From the IMG/VR virus record IMGVR_UViG_3300014153_000004, positions 1 through 37,282 of that record: a stretch of DNA of 37,282 nucleotides; one strand, 5' to 3'. How positions within the stretch are numbered: the stretch's first letter is position 1; the number at the start of each line of letters is the position of its first letter. A program made the translations under genes and the position numbers. The notes beneath the pieces were generated by a model that had not been told where the DNA came from, did not search any database, and worked only from the letters and a program-made list of their open reading frames with translations. This document shows, piece after piece, positions 33,949 through 37,282 of the stretch. This stretch comes from a virus (Duplodnaviria; Caudoviricetes).

Positions 33949-34796
33949 TGAATATCCTTTTCCAGCCAGGTGTTCCAATCCGCGAGATATCCTTCCCACC
34001 AGGTCAGACACTTATCCCGTAGAACTTCGTAATTGGGGAGCCACTCTGTTTTGAATTGGTGCGGAAATGCGGACCAGTCAGTGACAACAGGGAGAGGATG
34101 ATCGCCGAGCACCAAAGACCAAAAACCGCCAGTGACTTCGTGCAATCCTTCATACCCGCCGCGTGAATCCAGAATTGGAATCGCTCCGCATTGCAAGGCT
34201 TCCCACGGCCGGGCCGAGTCTGGCGAACTGGGGCCGCATGGACACGGTACGAATTTCGCGCGGCTCATCATGCGAAAATACTCTTCGCGGCCTACTCCCA
34301 GCGTGTATCCCTTCGAGAGAACCATGACGACATCCCAATCGAATTGATCGCGCAGTGCGTTCACGCATTCTTTGCGCCTCAAATGTGTATCTTGCCCCCC
34401 GAAAAAGAGAGATAGGTCTTTGGGGACATCAGCCCGTTTGCATCCAAACGTCCAGCCATCGAGGATGTAGCGGTCTGCTTCGTACACTCTGGGCACGGGC
34501 TCTTGGAGCCAAAGCCTTTTGTTTTCGTGGCGGATAAATTCTGGATTGACCATGTGCGTTTCATCGCCAAGCAACACGACGATCACCCACTTTAGTTTTG
34601 CCAGCGAAGCGTTGAGACGAAGTATCTTGTTAAAGCACGATTCTCCATGCACGACCACGACGGCCCCCTCCAAACCATCGGGAATGTCGAGATAGTCATG
34701 CTGGCAATCGTAGGTACTCAGCATTTCGCGCAGCATCACCGTGCAGTTTTTGTGCTCCTGTCCCGCCAAAAGGCCGTACCAGATAACCGGGATCAT
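33930..34796 (-). CDS. Exostosin-like (GT47) glycosyltransferase
   Basis: FFGGQ...Y..MMSRAKFVPCPCG...SARPWEALQCGAIPI. Confidence 0.8.
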   Translation of the reverse strand: MIPVIWYGLLAGQEHKNCTVMLREMLSTYDCQHDYLDIPDGLEGAVVVVHGESCFNKILRLNASLAKLKWVIVVLLGDETHMVNPEFIRHENKRLWLQEPVPRVYEADRYILDGWTFGCKRADVPKDLSLFFGGQDTHLRRKECVNALRDQFDWDVVMVLSKGYTLGVGREEYFRMMSRAKFVPCPCGPSSPDSARPWEALQCGAIPILDSRGGYEGLHEVTGGFWSLVLGDHPLPVVTDWSAFPHQFKTEWLPNYEVLRDKCLTWWEGYLADWNTWLEKDIQCLTKT

Positions 34797-35506
34797 ATCT
34801 GACCTCCCGGCTTGACCCAACACTTCCGGGTGGAATCAAATTCGATGGCGCCATAAGGCTCAAAAAGAAAATGTTCCTCCTGGTCACTGTTCAAAAGAGT
34901 GCGCTTGTAAAAATAATAGTCCATGAACGCATAGAGGTCTTCCGCCTTCTGACCGAAACGTTCTTGCATGAATTGCGGATGCACGGAAATCCAAAAAAGC
35001 GGCCGGATTCTAGTCAGTGTGTGTTTCGCCCCGAGTAGCGCCTGCAATTCCGAGCCTTCCACGTCCATGGTGATTCCGAGTTTTGTGGATGCCAATTGAT
35101 TCACTATGGTATCAATGGTCAAGCGAGGAAGCGCAGCGCAACTTTCGTCTTCGTTCACGTAGTGCAGCCAGCGGAAATCTAACTTGTCATCTGTCCGCAT
35201 GGGATTGCCGCACTGTGGAGGCCATTCGCCAATGTAGAAGCGGGAATTTGGTTTGTCTTCCGACGCGACGAAGCCGGGAAACGCAGCTAGGGGCATCTGC
35301 GAACCATATTTCTTTTCCCAGTTGAGTTTGATGGTGGGCCAGTTGTATTCAGCGGGCTCCACGATCACGAGATTCTCAGGCCCCACTTTGTCAGCGACGA
35401 TGAGGCTGGTCGTGCCATCATAGGCCCCGATGTCAATGAACGTATCCCCTTCGCGCATGTGCTCCAACACGCTGCCAAAGTGTTCCGGCTCGTAAGCGAG
35501 AGTCAT
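34793..35506 (-). CDS. FkbM-family methyltransferase
   Basis: YEPE, FIDIGAYDG, ITMDVEGSE..AL.GA, ISVHP. Confidence 0.85.
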   Translation of the reverse strand: MTLAYEPEHFGSVLEHMREGDTFIDIGAYDGTTSLIVADKVGPENLVIVEPAEYNWPTIKLNWEKKYGSQMPLAAFPGFVASEDKPNSRFYIGEWPPQCGNPMRTDDKLDFRWLHYVNEDESCAALPRLTIDTIVNQLASTKLGITMDVEGSELQALLGAKHTLTRIRPLFWISVHPQFMQERFGQKAEDLYAFMDYYFYKRTLLNSDQEEHFLFEPYGAIEFDSTRKCWVKPGGQI

Positions 35507-36246
35507 GGCGTCACCACTTTCATGCACAGATCACAGTTGGGATTGATGATTCCTCTTTGAAGGTGCCATCGAGTATGAGCACCGAATGGGCCACCGATTT
35601 TCCCACCGATTTTCCCATATTGTCTTTGTTGTTCAGGAGTTCTTAATCTCATTGCCGCACGACCACCCATAACCTGTATTTCGTGAGTTAAGATTTTCCC
35701 GCTTTGATATCTTTTGCGCGCGGCCAAACACATGCTTCTGTGTCCTTCAACAGACATTGGTCTTCGATTCTGCAACTGTTCTCTCCTGGTGGCCCATTTA
35801 CAATTTCCCGGTTCATAACCAAGATCATTATTTTTTCTCTCTATGGTCAATTTCGGATTGAGCTTTAATCCCATGTCTCTCAAAAAATCGGGAAATGACT
35901 TCCTCCATCGCGGACAAACGCATATTCCCCGAGCACCGTAGTTCTTGTAGTTGGTGGATTTTGGATTATGACAACGCTGAATCATGGCATTCCACGTCCG
36001 GTATTCTGGACTAGCCATCCCAAAATGGGTCACTCTATTGTGTCCATGCTTTATATGAAGAGTTCCTCTTCTGCAGCCACAACTGGTACGATCACCCATT
36101 TTCAAAACCCAACCAAGAACAGCCATTTCTTTTCCGCAGCGACATCTACACCACCACAGTCTTCCACGTTTGCTCGCTTTATAATCTCTGAGGACTGTGA
36201 GCCAGCCGAATTCAGTCCGTACCGGCACTTTCAGTGCTTTCGTCAT
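35503..36246 (-). CDS. HNH-family homing endonuclease with C-terminal extension
   Basis: FG.LTV, CRCRCG, SCGC, W.AMIQRCHNP, YGARGICVCPRW, TIERKNND.GYEPGNCKWAT; tail HTRWH...CDLC. Confidence 0.85.
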   Translation of the reverse strand: MTKALKVPVRTEFGWLTVLRDYKASKRGRLWWCRCRCGKEMAVLGWVLKMGDRTSCGCRRGTLHIKHGHNRVTHFGMASPEYRTWNAMIQRCHNPKSTNYKNYGARGICVCPRWRKSFPDFLRDMGLKLNPKLTIERKNNDLGYEPGNCKWATRREQLQNRRPMSVEGHRSMCLAARKRYQSGKILTHEIQVMGGRAAMRLRTPEQQRQYGKIGGKIGGPFGAHTRWHLQRGIINPNCDLCMKVVTP

Positions 36247-37282
36247 GAATAGTTCCCAGTACTGATCTCAATCTTTCTGTCCACGTATCGAATCGCCTTG
36301 CATATTCAGCGCACTCTATTACCTTGGCACGTCTTTCATTTTCATGCGAGAGCCAGTATTCTATTTTCTCGTGAAGGTCAAGCAAATCTTCTGGCCTGAA
36401 GGTGGCAAGTGGAATATTCAGTCCCTCAATCTCTGGCGAGAGAAGAAATCCATAACGCATCGGAGTCTCTACCATTCTGTCAGAAAAATAGAACGGAATT
36501 TTTCCTCCACCGAAACAGTCTCCAATGCACACGCGACATGAAGCGTAGAAATCATTCAAATCATGACCGCGGATTCCCTCAACTAATTTGAACCTATCGC
36601 CGTAGGTCTGTTCGAGAAATTCTATGAGTACGGTTCTGAACTGGTGCTCTTGGTGATACCCTCTCGCGCCAACGAAGGCCACATCGCAACGGAAATTCTC
36701 TCTTGGACAACCTCGATGCGAATAAACTTCGCTCGCAGCGGCAGGCATCCAAATGTGGTTGATTCCAAACTTCTTGAAGTCCTCTTGGCGCGATCCATCT
36801 GCGGTGAATAGATATTGGAGTTTCCAGAAGGGAATCTTTCCGATGAGTTTTTCGCGCTCGGGAATGCCCCAAAATTTGTCCAAATGTACGCCAAAGCTCG
36901 GGATCTTGCGCGCTCGAAGCGAATCAAGGAACGCGAACATCTCGCTATCGGGCACCTTGAGCCAGGTTGGCGTGCGGACCCAGAGGAAGAAGTCGTTGAA
37001 CTCGCTTGCGTCCTCTAGTGCGCGAAGATTCGTTTCGTTCTCTTGGAGCGCTTCCACTTCGTAGCCGAGGCGCTCTTCAAGTGCCCAGCGAATCATGTTT
37101 TCGGTGCTCTCGACGTTCTGGAAGTTCCCGAGGAAGAGGATATTCTTTCCGCTTCTCACTCGCGTGGGTCGCGCTTTCTTCCCGCGCTTCTCTAGGTCCG
37201 CGAGTTGCTCGGCAAAGCGCATCTTAAAATCATCGTTCGCGGAAAGGAACTTGGAGCGCGTGTCTTCTTGGCACTCGGCCAA
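36212..37282 (-). CDS. GT-B glycosyltransferase (CgeB/Glyco_trans_1_2-like), 5' end may lie outside the window
   Basis: CDVAFVGA, R..LIEFL, DLNDFYAS, FSDRMVET...GFLL, TWTERL. Confidence 0.85.
   Translation of the reverse strand: MAECQEDTRSKFLSANDDFKMRFAEQLADLEKRGKKARPTRVRSGKNILFLGNFQNVESTENMIRWALEERLGYEVEALQENETNLRALEDASEFNDFFLWVRTPTWLKVPDSEMFAFLDSLRARKIPSFGVHLDKFWGIPEREKLIGKIPFWKLQYLFTADGSRQEDFKKFGINHIWMPAAASEVYSHRGCPRENFRCDVAFVGARGYHQEHQFRTVLIEFLEQTYGDRFKLVEGIRGHDLNDFYASCRVCIGDCFGGGKIPFYFSDRMVETPMRYGFLLSPEIEGLNIPLATFRPEDLLDLHEKIEYWLSHENERRAKVIECAEYARRFDTWTERLRSVLGTIHDESTESAGTD

Noticed and set aside
1-37282. tRNA, integrase/att site, reverse transcriptase/DGR, alternative genetic code
   Set aside because: No cloverleaf, recombinase or RT motifs seen; all three stop codons terminate genes normally

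Overview
The window is part of a tailed dsDNA phage genome (Caudoviricetes-like; no integrase, tRNA or CRISPR seen). Divergent promoters at ~14363-14440 split it into two arms. The left arm (- strand) has Arc/RHH repressors, terminase small subunit, a ~5.8 kb block of small accessory genes, terminase large subunit, small basic/His-rich proteins, a HiPIP-like protein and portal. The right arm (+ strand, 14468-23506) has RusA, RecT/Bet, KTSC, a replication initiator and a DnaA-domain-IV protein. It converges on a - strand late block (37282->23435): five glycosyltransferases and two FkbM methyltransferases, Thr-rich virion proteins, a glycosidase-type receptor-binding protein, and a lysis cassette with an embedded cold-shock gene. 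Eight HNH-type genes are scattered through the window. The strongest unannotated signals are: (1) a two-gene module of a small protein ending in Gly-Gly (ubiquitin-like) coupled to a WxxWNxxY-repeat/Cys partner, a candidate undescribed peptide-conjugation system; (2) a programmed -1 frameshift (C CCU UUC plus stem/pseudoknot) adding 86 aa to a 74-aa accessory protein in the same operon; (3) an HNH element carrying a synonymously recoded replacement 3' end of its target gene, with the old tail stranded downstream; (4) a nine-site GAGTATATACTC palindromic operator regulon; (5) conserved junction repeats between mini-genes. All family assignments come from motif recognition by eye, not from database searches.
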